Positions 1 through 9,192 of a DNA stretch of 57,091 bases are shown here, piece by piece. The notes beneath the pieces are model-generated. The model ran no database searches and was not told where the DNA came from. It was given only the letters and a program-made list of their open reading frames with translations. Numbering within the stretch: the stretch's first letter is position 1; each line of letters starts with the position of its first letter. The stretch lies in the sequence record DRR723986_11703. One strand, written 5' to 3'. A program made the position numbers and the translations under genes.

Positions 1-137
1 AGCAGGCACACTCCGTGTGCCGTCCGCCAATCAGAAATCAATTGCTACGGCACACGGAGTGTGCCTTCTACCTTACCTTGAACCACGGCACGCGGAGAGT
101 GCCTACTACCTTCAACAAGGGCAGACGGAGTGCCTAT
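1..137. repeat. Cluster of four REP-like palindromic repeats (core GGCACAC-TCC-GTGTGCC)
   Basis: Copy 1 at 1-23 (agcaggcacactccgtgtgccgt) is the reverse complement of copy 2 at 47-74 (acggcacacggagtgtgccttctacctt). Copy 3 is at 85-112 (acggcacgcggagagtgcctactacctt) and a degenerate copy 4 at 119-137. The core is a 7-bp stem with a 3-nt loop, and GTAG lies 5' of the hairpin on the minus strand of copies 2 and 3. Confidence 0.8.
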
Positions 138-271
138 TTCTTTGTTCCCAGTCGCCTGTCGATTGCTCGATAAACTGCCACGAAAGAATGGCGCTGGGCA
201 GCCTATCGCGGCAAGTGTCTTGATGAATCGTGCCCGCAAGAAACACTTTCTTAGATTTCTTGAAAAACGTG

Positions 272-298
272 TGTCCTGAATGTGTCTTGTCGTTCGTC
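272..298 (+). promoter_or_regulatory. Possible ECF42-type promoter (TGTCCT-N17-CGTC) upstream of the YciI/ECF pair
   Basis: Sequence tgtcct-gaatgtgtcttgtcgtt-cgtc resembles the TGTCGA...CG(A/T)C motif described for ECF42 promoters. It lies about 90 nt upstream of the DGPF gene. The -35 match is imperfect. Confidence 0.35.
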
Positions 299-389
299 AG
301 GTTAGCAAGGTGGGAGTTTGTTATGCTTCCACAACCTGTTTTCGTGCCGATTGCAGGCACGTGCGCTGTTCCACTAGGAGACCTTCACG

Positions 390-734
390 ATGGCAAAGTT
401 TTTGTTCGTTTACCGCAGTTCGGCTGAAGCAGAAATGGGCGAAGCGCCCTCGCCAGAACAAATGCAGCAGATCATGACCGCTTGGCACGGGTGGTTTGAG
501 AAAGTGGGGGATGCGTTGGTCGACGGTGGTGATGGACTGTTGCCAACCGGAAAGCAGGTCAAGAGTGGCGGCATCGTGACCGACGGACCATTCATCGAAG
601 CCAAAGAGATGGTCGGTGGATATTCAATCGTCGAAACTGACGACATCGATGGGGCAGTCGAGCTTTCCAAGAGTTGCCCGATCTTTGACGGCGGTGGTTG
701 GGTCGAGGTTAGGCAGCTAGCTGAACTTGGCTAG
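390..734 (+). CDS. YciI/DGPF-domain protein
   Basis: TDGPFIEAKEMVGGYSIV and VEVRQ motifs; RBS AGGAG at 376-380; directly upstream of an ECF sigma factor. Confidence 0.9.
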   Translation: MAKFLFVYRSSAEAEMGEAPSPEQMQQIMTAWHGWFEKVGDALVDGGDGLLPTGKQVKSGGIVTDGPFIEAKEMVGGYSIVETDDIDGAVELSKSCPIFDGGGWVEVRQLAELG

Positions 735-763
735 ACCGATTCTCGCAGCAAGGGCGCGACCTT

Positions 764-2032
764 TTGGACGACGATCAACAGCAGCCTGGGACCTCAACGG
801 GACTAGTCGATCACTTCTTCCGCCATGAATCCGCACGCATCATTGCGGTGCTGGTGCGACGGTTTGGTGTACGGCACCTGCCGCTGGCCGAAGATGCCGT
901 CCAGGTCGCCCTTGCCCGCGCTCTTGTTTCCTGGCGGCAGCGTGGAGTTCCCGACCAGCCAACAGCCTGGCTTGTGAGAGTTGCAACCAACCACGCGGTC
1001 GACCAACTGCGGCGTGAAGTGCGCAAACGCGAAGTTGAGCCTGAGATCCTTGACGGTATCGCCACAACGGGCCTCGACATCGCAGGCATTGATCAGACAC
1101 TACAAGACAGCCTGCTGCGAATGATTTTCGTTTGCTGTGATCCACTCGTGCCGGCCGAATCACAGACTGCTTTAGCGCTGAAGACGTTGTGTGGTTTCTC
1201 GATCGAAGAGACAGCGCGAGCATTAGTGTCGACGCCCGAGAGTATAGCTAAACGAATCACGCGAGCCAAAACACGGCTGCGAGAATCCAACCTGCAGCTC
1301 GAGCAGGTGAGCGATGAAGAGATCTGTGATCGACTACCGGCCGTTCTCCGAGTCATCTACTTGCTATTCAACGAGGGCTACAGCTCGACTCAAGCTGATC
1401 GGTTGATACGTGAAGAACTATGCGAAGAAGCGGTGCGACTTGCTCTGCTACTGGCCGAACACCCGCTGACAAAGTGCTCAACGACCGCTGCCTTCATAGC
1501 ATTGCTACTGTTTCACGCATCGCGATTGGATGCCCGCGTTGATAACAACGGTGTCATTATGTTGTTCCATCAACAACGCGTGGCAGATTGGGACCTGCGT
1601 CTGCTGCGTGAAGCTTATATGTGGTTTGAGCGTTCAACGCAGACTGGCGAGGTTTCGCGTTATCATGCAGAAGCGATGATTGCCGCCGAACACTGCCGTG
1701 GGAAGCTAAACAACCAAACGGACTGGAAGACTATCCGCCGCGCATATGACCTGCTTTGTCGTTTGGCGCCGTCACCGATCCACGAACTGAACCGTGCGAT
1801 CGCCATTGCCAAAGAGAATGGTGCACCAGCGGGGCTCGACGCTCTGTCACGAATCGACTCACAGCAACTTGCTCAAAACTATTATCTTTGGCACGCAACC
1901 GCCGGCGAGCTCTACGCACTAGCCGACCAGCACGACGCGGCTGAGCAAGCCCTTCGTCGCGCCTGGACTCTCGCCCCAACCAGCGCCGAAAAAGAGCTAA
2001 TCTGCCGAAAGATCGACAAACTCAGCACTTAG
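764..2032 (+). CDS. ECF RNA polymerase sigma factor with C-terminal TPR extension (ECF42-like)
   Basis: Region 2 (AEDAVQ...WLVRVATNHAVDQLRR), LRMIFVCCDP, region 4, YLLFNEGY signature and a helical TPR-like C-terminus; TTG start. Confidence 0.9.
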   Translation: MDDDQQQPGTSTGLVDHFFRHESARIIAVLVRRFGVRHLPLAEDAVQVALARALVSWRQRGVPDQPTAWLVRVATNHAVDQLRREVRKREVEPEILDGIATTGLDIAGIDQTLQDSLLRMIFVCCDPLVPAESQTALALKTLCGFSIEETARALVSTPESIAKRITRAKTRLRESNLQLEQVSDEEICDRLPAVLRVIYLLFNEGYSSTQADRLIREELCEEAVRLALLLAEHPLTKCSTTAAFIALLLFHASRLDARVDNNGVIMLFHQQRVADWDLRLLREAYMWFERSTQTGEVSRYHAEAMIAAEHCRGKLNNQTDWKTIRRAYDLLCRLAPSPIHELNRAIAIAKENGAPAGLDALSRIDSQQLAQNYYLWHATAGELYALADQHDAAEQALRRAWTLAPTSAEKELICRKIDKLST

Positions 2033-2167
2033 AGGCAGGGCAAGCAACCTCGCGAAAGCCCGCACGACAAGGCCAATGCTGACCCTACGAATCTAAGGCG
2101 ACACTTCTACGGACGCAGCGAGTTGTGCTGTCTCGGATGCAGTGTCGCTGTGCGGGGCTGGGAAGAG

Positions 2168-2176
2168 TGGTAGAAT
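2168..2176 (+). promoter_or_regulatory. Extended -10 element (TGn-TAGAAT), probably giving a leaderless mRNA
   Basis: TGGTAGAAT ends 7 nt before the ATG at 2184; no Shine-Dalgarno sequence in between. Confidence 0.5.
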
Positions 2177-2183
2177 CGCGGCA

Positions 2184-3221
2184 ATGAAAGAAACGCTGCG
2201 AAAATATGACTTCACAAAGTCGTACCAATGGAATTACGACAATGCGCCGGATCTGCCCGCGGACTTCAGTGCGCGAGATGTTGGCGGCAGTGAAAGAGGA
2301 CACCGCTTTCTTGGACTGAAGTGTCGTTCTCCGCTGGGGATCGCCGCTGGACCGCTGCTCAACAGTGCGTGGATTCTGCATTACGCTGCCTTGGGGTTCG
2401 ATATCCTGACCTACAAAACGGTTCGGAGCAGACGACGAAAATGCTACTCGATGCCAAATCTGCTACCCATCTCCGGTGGCCAAATCGATTCACCGTCGCA
2501 CGTTCAAGCCTCACAAGAGATGCAGGGGAGTTGGGCAATCTCGTTTGGTATGCCTTCTCAAGCTCCCAGCGATTGGATGCCCGACGTTCGACGCACGCGT
2601 GATCTGTTGCCGAGCGGGAAAGTGTTGACGGTCTCGGTTGTGGCAACGCCCGAAGACGGATGGCGCTTGGAGCGGATCGCAGATGACTACGCCGACGTCG
2701 CAAGAAGAGCCGCAGAATCGGGCGCGGATTCGATCGAAGCGAATTTTTCCTGCCCGAACGTTTCCTCGGCCGACGGGCAGTTGTTCCAAGACACAACGGC
2801 AGCAAGGTTCGTCGCGCAGCGAATTAGGGCGGCGATCGGCGACCTGCCACTCGTGTTGAAGATTGGGCATATCACGAGTGCTGATGAGGCGCGTAGGTTG
2901 CTGGAGGAGACGGCGGAGAGTATCTCTGGAGTCGCGATGGTAAATTGCATTCCCGCTACGGTTGAAATGCCTGACGGACAACTGGCTTTCGACAGCGGAC
3001 GGCGAGGCATCGGAGGCGTTGCGATCCGTGATGCCGTGCGTCGCCAAGTTGAGTTGTTCACGGGAATCGCAGCCGAGCTCTCTTTGGAAATAGTTGCCGT
3101 CGGCGGCGTAAGTTCAAAAGCTGACTACGACTGGCTCGTTTCGGTTGGCGCGACGTCTGTACAAGTTGCGACGGCCGCCATGCTGGACCCGACACTGGCG
3201 ACCAAAATCCTTGGCGTCTAG
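2184..3221 (+). CDS. Dihydroorotate dehydrogenase-like FMN enzyme (class 1/DHPD-like TIM barrel)
   Basis: GIAAGP, YKTV, NFSCPN (active-site Cys), LKI, GIGG and GGV motifs. Start moved from 2142 to ATG 2184. Confidence 0.75.
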   Translation: MKETLRKYDFTKSYQWNYDNAPDLPADFSARDVGGSERGHRFLGLKCRSPLGIAAGPLLNSAWILHYAALGFDILTYKTVRSRRRKCYSMPNLLPISGGQIDSPSHVQASQEMQGSWAISFGMPSQAPSDWMPDVRRTRDLLPSGKVLTVSVVATPEDGWRLERIADDYADVARRAAESGADSIEANFSCPNVSSADGQLFQDTTAARFVAQRIRAAIGDLPLVLKIGHITSADEARRLLEETAESISGVAMVNCIPATVEMPDGQLAFDSGRRGIGGVAIRDAVRRQVELFTGIAAELSLEIVAVGGVSSKADYDWLVSVGATSVQVATAAMLDPTLATKILGV

Positions 3222-3337
3222 GGCCAGAAACTCACGACAAGGGCGGCGAAAGTGAGCCTGTCTGGTTAGGATATCTAGCGAGCTAATATCTAGATTTTCA
3301 GGCGGCCCACTACCTCATACTTTAGAGAATACTTGCG

Positions 3338-6300
3338 ATGCATTCTGCCTTGAAATATTGCCCTGGAGTTGCCAGCACGCTTCGAACTTCCGCAGCGTTC
3401 TGTGCGCTGCGGAGCAGCATGGCGACTTTACTAGTCGTTGTAGTTTCATTCACTGTAGTTTGGTCGAACTGTGCGGCCGCTTTTGCTCAAGACGATGCGA
3501 ACGCCAAGGATGACGCGCTGATGAATCTTAAGACAGTAGCAGAGCTGACCCATTACACCGCGACCGCGACGGGCAGCGAAGTCACCGAGTTCTTGCAAAC
3601 GCTAACCGAACATTGGCCATCATCCGAGCTTACGACGATCGGTGAAACCAACGAAGGGCGCCCGCTGGACGCCGTGATTGCGATGAGTCCCAATGAGGAT
3701 GCGTTGACCGTTTTGGTGCTAGGTGGGATTCACTCAGGCGAATGTGATGGAAAAGAGGCATTGTTGGCATTGGCTCGTGATCTGGTTCTTGGCAAACATG
3801 GGGACTTCTACCAAGGGCTGAATCTAATCTTGGTACCAAACTACAACGCGGACGGGAATGAACGTCGAAGCCTTTACCACCGCCCGCGGCAGGAAGGGCC
3901 ATCCGCTGGCATGGGGATTCGCGAGAATGCTCAGGGATTCGACCTGAACCGCGACTTCGTCAAGCTGGAGTCACCTGAGGCGAGAAGCTTGATTGGTGCA
4001 ATCGACCACTACGACGTCGATGTGCTCATCGATCTGCATACTACAAACGGTTCGTTGCACCGATACGATCTGACTTATGACATACCCCACAATCCGATCA
4101 TTGGTCCAAAGCTAGATGATTATCTTCGGAACAGCTTCGTTCCCGACGTGACCAAAGCAATGAGCGACGACGGTTTCAACACGACGTACTACGGCAACTT
4201 CGATGCGAGCCATCGCAAATGGACGACGTTTGGTCACCAGCCTCGGTACAGTACTGAGTATATGGGGCTGCGGGGGAAAATCGGTATTCTGTCCGAGTCG
4301 TATTCTTACGTCAGCTATCAGCGAAAGATTGAGGCTGGCTACGCATTCACGCTGAATGTCCTGAAGAGGCTGGCCAGTGACCAAGCGAGCATCGCAGGAA
4401 TCTTGTCCGAGACGACAGCTGGCTTCACTCCCGGCGCAGATGTGCCGATCAACGCCGAGCTGGTAAAGACCGCAGACAGCCAACTAGCGCTCGGATTCGA
4501 AGACTCCGAAGGACGCCCGCCGCGTGGGCCGTACGGGGCCGCCGCGCTCAAGTCGCACAAACCCAAAGACTACCTGGTTGAACTGTGGAATAGTTTTAGC
4601 CCTACACAATCCGTGAAAATGCCGGCTGCATATGTGATCCCCAGCCAGTATAGCTGGGTTGCACAGCGGTTGATGATGCACGGAGTTGCTCTGAGTGCGC
4701 TCAATGCGGACACGATGCTTTCCGTCGAGCAGTACAAGATCGAAGGGATTGAGCGCTTTCCCGAGTTTCAAGCTCACCGGATGCGCCAAGTCGATGTGAC
4801 CGCATCAATGATCGAAGTGAACGTCCCTGCTGGATCGATCGTCGTATCGACGGCCCAACCGCTTGGGCGTTTGATCGCGTACTTGCTCGAACCACACAGC
4901 GACGATTCACTGGCGGTTTGGAACTTCTTCGATCCGGACCTTCGCGTCGGTGGGAATTATCCTGTTTGGCGAGTACCTCAATCGATTGACGCTTCATTGT
5001 TGGTGAGCCTCAAGGATCCGCCACGAGCGGAGAAAATTACACTAGAACATTTAAGTGCTCCCAATAAGATTGTCGACTACGACGGTCGGTTGCGACGCTC
5101 GGCACGTTGGTTGGGAGATTCGACCGAGTACACCGTACGCTCTGGCTCTGAGCTCTATGTAGTCAATGCCGAAACCGGTGCAGAACGGCGTCTCACCGAG
5201 TTGACTTCGATCCAGCGAGCATTGGCTGCGGTTGGCCTGGAAAACAAGGACGCAAAGACGGTTGCCGAAGCAGCCGATCTCACTGCGGATCTGCAATACG
5301 CAATTGCCCAGCACGATTCGGATCTCTACCTATATCGGTCCGACGATCAGACCGCTCGGCGAGTTACTGAGACGAAGGACGTGCAAGAGAAACTTGCCGA
5401 GTTGTCGCCTACTCGGGACCACATCGCATTCGTGGCGGACAACAATCTAAATGTCGTCTCACTTGACGATGCTGCGGTGACTTCGCTGACCGATGACGGA
5501 CAGCCAGAAGAATTGCTGAACGGAATTTTGGACTGGGTTTACCAGGAAGAGCTTTATGGTCGTGGAAATTTCAAAGCGTTTTGGTGGAGCCCCGACGGAC
5601 GTCGTATTGCGTACCTGAAACTGGATGAATCACCGGTTCAGCACTACGCGGTCATGGATAGCATCAGCTACCGTCAGTCGCTTGAGGATACACGGTACCC
5701 GAAAGCAGGCGATCCATTGCCGAAGGTTTCGGTCTGGATTGCTGACTTGGAAACAAACGAGTCGAGGAAAGTGGATTTGTTGGATTGGCCCGTGGACGAT
5801 CGCTTGATCGCTCGGGTTACATGGAGTTCTGCAGGTGAGCTTTGGCTGCAGGTTACCAACCGCGTTCAAAATCGCCTGCAGTTGATCAAGGTCAGTGCGG
5901 ATGGTACGTCCACGCCGGTCTTAAATGAGAAGTCGCCGGGTTGGATCGAAATCCGTGGCGAACCGACGTTCCTATCAGATGGCAGTTTTCTGTGGTTGAG
6001 TGATTTGCCCGACGGGCGAACGCACTTGTACCACGTCGATGCTGGCGGTGAGAATCGCCGGGCGGTTACTAGTGGGCCATGGGATGTCTTGGATATGCAC
6101 GGCGTCTCGGCCGATGAATCGAAAGTCTTCGTGACGGGCAACCTAGCCAGTCCAATTGAGCGGCATCTCTACGCAGTCTCACTTGACGCATCATTGACTG
6201 GCTCCGATGCAACGCCTGAGCCGGAGCAGCTTACGCGGCTGTCCGGTGATCACTCCGTCACCTTTGATGCGAGCCGCAACTATTTTATAGATTCACACAG

Positions 6301-7183
6301 CGCCATCGACCGTCCGCGACGTATCGAAGTTTGTCGATCAAGCGGCGATCTTTTGCGAGTCATCGATGCCCCGCGTTCAGATCGATATCAAGCGCTCGAC
6401 ATCAACGAGCCAAAACTGATGACGATACCTGCCAAGGATGGACTACCACTGCAGGCGGCGATCATGCTTCCGCCCCGAAAAACTCTCGATTCGCAAGAGA
6501 AACTGCCGGTGCTTTTCTTTGTGTACGGTGGCCCACAGGCACCGACGGTGAAGAACGCATGGGCAGGACGCAACTACTGGTGGCACCAAATGCTCTGCCA
6601 ACAGGGAATCGCGGTCGTCCTATGCGACAATCGTGCGGCACGCGGAAGGGGAGTAAAGGATACTTGGACAATCCGCGGGGACATGTGCCGAGTTGAACTG
6701 GAGGATCTCCTGGCAGCAACTGATTGGGTTGCCGAGCAGCCGTGGGCCGATGACCAGCGGTTCGGCCTTTGGGGCTGGAGCTATGGCGGCTATTTCACCT
6801 CCTACGCGATGACGCACTCGGATCGATTCAAGGCGGGAATTGCTGGTGCACCCGTGACGGACTGGCGAAACTATGATGCGATCTATACCGAACGATACAT
6901 GGATCTGCCTCAAGACAACGAAGCGGGCTATGACAGCAGCAGTGTCGTCAAAGCGGCTCGGCACCTGAGCGGGCGGTTGATGATTATCCACGGTGAACGT
7001 GACGACAATGTCCACATCAGCAACACACTGCAACTGGCCCACGCATTGCAGAACGCTGGCAAGACGTTCGATTTAATGGTGTACCCCAAGAACCGCCACG
7101 GTATTGTTGATCCTTCTCAGAAGCATCATTTGCACAAGACGATGACTGAGTTCTTCACGCGTCATCTACTGAAAGAGCGGTAG
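3338..7183 (+). CDS. Secreted M14 zinc carboxypeptidase-like + S9B dipeptidyl-peptidase IV fusion
   Basis: N-terminal half: GIHSGE, NADG, DLNRDF, DLH. C-terminal half: DWVYQEE, FWWSPDG, YPKAG, VYGGP, GWSYGG (6773-6790), DDNVH and a terminal His. Signal peptide present; the true start may be ATG 3419. Confidence 0.85.
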   Translation: MHSALKYCPGVASTLRTSAAFCALRSSMATLLVVVVSFTVVWSNCAAAFAQDDANAKDDALMNLKTVAELTHYTATATGSEVTEFLQTLTEHWPSSELTTIGETNEGRPLDAVIAMSPNEDALTVLVLGGIHSGECDGKEALLALARDLVLGKHGDFYQGLNLILVPNYNADGNERRSLYHRPRQEGPSAGMGIRENAQGFDLNRDFVKLESPEARSLIGAIDHYDVDVLIDLHTTNGSLHRYDLTYDIPHNPIIGPKLDDYLRNSFVPDVTKAMSDDGFNTTYYGNFDASHRKWTTFGHQPRYSTEYMGLRGKIGILSESYSYVSYQRKIEAGYAFTLNVLKRLASDQASIAGILSETTAGFTPGADVPINAELVKTADSQLALGFEDSEGRPPRGPYGAAALKSHKPKDYLVELWNSFSPTQSVKMPAAYVIPSQYSWVAQRLMMHGVALSALNADTMLSVEQYKIEGIERFPEFQAHRMRQVDVTASMIEVNVPAGSIVVSTAQPLGRLIAYLLEPHSDDSLAVWNFFDPDLRVGGNYPVWRVPQSIDASLLVSLKDPPRAEKITLEHLSAPNKIVDYDGRLRRSARWLGDSTEYTVRSGSELYVVNAETGAERRLTELTSIQRALAAVGLENKDAKTVAEAADLTADLQYAIAQHDSDLYLYRSDDQTARRVTETKDVQEKLAELSPTRDHIAFVADNNLNVVSLDDAAVTSLTDDGQPEELLNGILDWVYQEELYGRGNFKAFWWSPDGRRIAYLKLDESPVQHYAVMDSISYRQSLEDTRYPKAGDPLPKVSVWIADLETNESRKVDLLDWPVDDRLIARVTWSSAGELWLQVTNRVQNRLQLIKVSADGTSTPVLNEKSPGWIEIRGEPTFLSDGSFLWLSDLPDGRTHLYHVDAGGENRRAVTSGPWDVLDMHGVSADESKVFVTGNLASPIERHLYAVSLDASLTGSDATPEPEQLTRLSGDHSVTFDASRNYFIDSHSAIDRPRRIEVCRSSGDLLRVIDAPRSDRYQALDINEPKLMTIPAKDGLPLQAAIMLPPRKTLDSQEKLPVLFFVYGGPQAPTVKNAWAGRNYWWHQMLCQQGIAVVLCDNRAARGRGVKDTWTIRGDMCRVELEDLLAATDWVAEQPWADDQRFGLWGWSYGGYFTSYAMTHSDRFKAGIAGAPVTDWRNYDAIYTERYMDLPQDNEAGYDSSSVVKAARHLSGRLMIIHGERDDNVHISNTLQLAHALQNAGKTFDLMVYPKNRHGIVDPSQKHHLHKTMTEFFTRHLLKER

Positions 7184-7267
7184 GGTAAGTCGGGAACGCT
7201 CTGGATCGCGACTGCTGGCCGACGCCCAATCGCAAGGGGGGCCGACTGGAGGAAACGCAGTCCGGAG

Positions 7268-8209
7268 TTAGAACTGCCTTTGTGGGGGCTGCAGAGAAGT
7301 GTCCTGAGTTGATGCGCTGACGGCGGGGATTGGGGACAGACGCGTTAGGTCAATGGTTGAAGCCACGTCACTGCTAGCCTGCAAACGTGCGCTCAGACGC
7401 GTTAGTTTGTCTTGTACTGAGGGTTCGCCGGCAAGCTCGTAGCCGGGCGGGTGCCCCCAGATGATCTTTCGGTCATTCTCGGTCTGCAATTCTAGGAGCC
7501 AAGGCTCTCTACTGGTCGAATTGAAATCTCGCGTCACGTAGACTCTTCGTAGCCCAAGCTTCTCGCGGAAGGGCTCGACTGTGCTGCATAGATTGAGGAC
7601 GGCAATGATACTTGGGTCACGACAGGGCAAGCCTTCCTCGGTCGCCAAGTGAGCTCCTGGTGCAAAGACAAACAAATGCTCTCTGGCGATCTCCGGGGCA
7701 ATCTGTGGTAAAATCACGCCCTCTTTGTCCACCGGAAACATTCCAAGTGCATCGCCTGGGACGGTAGCGAACTCATCCAGCGTCTCGGCGGGTTGAAACG
7801 TTTCCTTCAGAACAATCAACATCGCCAGTGGCCTGCGATAAACCACTTCAACTTCAACACCCTGATCGTACGACTTGGAGACTCGAGTCGTCGACTGGAT
7901 CCATTGGTGAGTTTCAAAGGCCCGTGCAATCATCGGCGACGCGTCGGGGTCGAGCAGCGAAATGCGATTTAGAGCGCTGGTTTCGTAGACATCCTTCACC
8001 AGATCCGTTGCAACCCAAGGCGGTGGTTCGCTGAGTTTTATATTTTCGGCAGATAGCGAATACAGAGCCTCGTCGACCCGGTCCGCTACAAAATGGTACC
8101 AACCCAGATAGCTGAGGATGGTGAGCGGCAGGACGGCGAAAAGAAGCGCGCCGCCGGGAACCTTTGACAGGAACCCTGCACTTTCGACTTCCTTGTCCTT
8201 TGACGCCAT
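7268..8209 (-). CDS. FtsQ/DivIB-like bitopic membrane protein
   Basis: Short N-terminal tail, one TM helix, POTRA-like HQWIQSTTRVSKSYDQGVEVEVVYRRPLA, VDKEGVIL and C-terminal IDL; directly downstream of the murB-like gene. Confidence 0.6.
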   Translation of the reverse strand: MASKDKEVESAGFLSKVPGGALLFAVLPLTILSYLGWYHFVADRVDEALYSLSAENIKLSEPPPWVATDLVKDVYETSALNRISLLDPDASPMIARAFETHQWIQSTTRVSKSYDQGVEVEVVYRRPLAMLIVLKETFQPAETLDEFATVPGDALGMFPVDKEGVILPQIAPEIAREHLFVFAPGAHLATEEGLPCRDPSIIAVLNLCSTVEPFREKLGLRRVYVTRDFNSTSREPWLLELQTENDRKIIWGHPPGYELAGEPSVQDKLTRLSARLQASSDVASTIDLTRLSPIPAVSASTQDTSLQPPQRQF

Positions 8210-8313
8210 TTTCCAATCCAATCACAGACGGATGACCAGCAGAATCATACGAAAAGCGAGGTCAAACCGATTCGACAGCTCACAGCGGCCAGCAATTCAC
8301 TTATCTGTAATGC

Positions 8314-9192
8314 TTACCAAATTCTGACCTGTGATTGCAAGCGAACTCCCGTTCGAGCTTCGACAGTCTTGCCAACTCGCTCGATCAGCGCGATTACTTG
8401 TTCGCTGGTTGCCGCGCCGTCGACGATCACAAAGCCTGGAAACTCGCTGCTAAGCTTCACTTCGCCCTCAGAATGCCCCTTCATCTGAGCAGAATCGAGG
8501 ACTTCTGCAAGTGAACGACCGTCAGGCTCGCTAAATGCATGCAAACAACGAGTGCCAGAGTTCGGCTGAGCGGCTCGACGCATGATCCAGGCCGCTTGCA
8601 TCCGGCGGGTGAGTTCATCACGATCGATCTCTTCGAGTTGCAAAGTGACGGTTCGCAAGAGTTGCCCGTCCAGATTACTGCGACGGAATCCGAACTGCAT
8701 TTCGTCACGCGGCATTTCATTGATCGTCCCATCGGGCGCGATCGTTGCGATGCTGACGACTCGAGAACCTATGTCGCCATTTTTCACTGCGGCGTTGCAG
8801 ACCACTGCTCCGCCGATAGTCCCGGGAATCCCGGCAAGATATTCGATGCCGGCCAATCCACTGCCAACCGCTTGGCTAATCGCATGACTCAGCGGCGCTC
8901 CGGCGGCGGCAATTAACTTGTCACCTTCGATCCGCACCTCGGTCAGCGGAGCAGCCGACAGTTTGATGATCAGGCCGTCGAATCCGGCATCTCTGGCCAG
9001 GATGCTTGAGCCGTCGCCACAGACGCGAATCGCCAAATCGGCCGCAGACGCCTCTCGGATAAGCTGTACCAATTCTTGTTCTGAGGTCGGTTCAGCAAAG
9101 TACTTTGCGGCGCCACCAGTCCGCGCCCATGTTAGTGCGTTGAGTGGTTCGTCAGCTCGCACCACGTGCTGTATTGACTTGGAGAAAACCAT
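8314..9192 (-). CDS. murB: MurB-family (type II) FAD-binding protein with degenerate active site
   Basis: TGGAA, GDGSS, GIPGTIGGAVVCNA, FGFRRS and QP motifs. The catalytic Ser and C-terminal Glu positions are substituted (see findings). Start moved to ATG 9192. Confidence 0.75.
   Translation of the reverse strand: MVFSKSIQHVVRADEPLNALTWARTGGAAKYFAEPTSEQELVQLIREASAADLAIRVCGDGSSILARDAGFDGLIIKLSAAPLTEVRIEGDKLIAAAGAPLSHAISQAVGSGLAGIEYLAGIPGTIGGAVVCNAAVKNGDIGSRVVSIATIAPDGTINEMPRDEMQFGFRRSNLDGQLLRTVTLQLEEIDRDELTRRMQAAWIMRRAAQPNSGTRCLHAFSEPDGRSLAEVLDSAQMKGHSEGEVKLSSEFPGFVIVDGAATSEQVIALIERVGKTVEARTGVRLQSQVRIW

Noticed and set aside
47-137. CRISPR array interpretation of the spaced repeats
   Set aside because: Spacers are only about 6-10 nt, one copy is inverted, the repeats decay quickly and there are no cas genes. 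REP fits better.
2037-2090. c-di-GMP-I riboswitch-like words (gggcaa...cgaaag...acgacaaggcc...ccta)
   Set aside because: The stem around GAAA has only 2 bp and the conserved GCAAA elements are missing.
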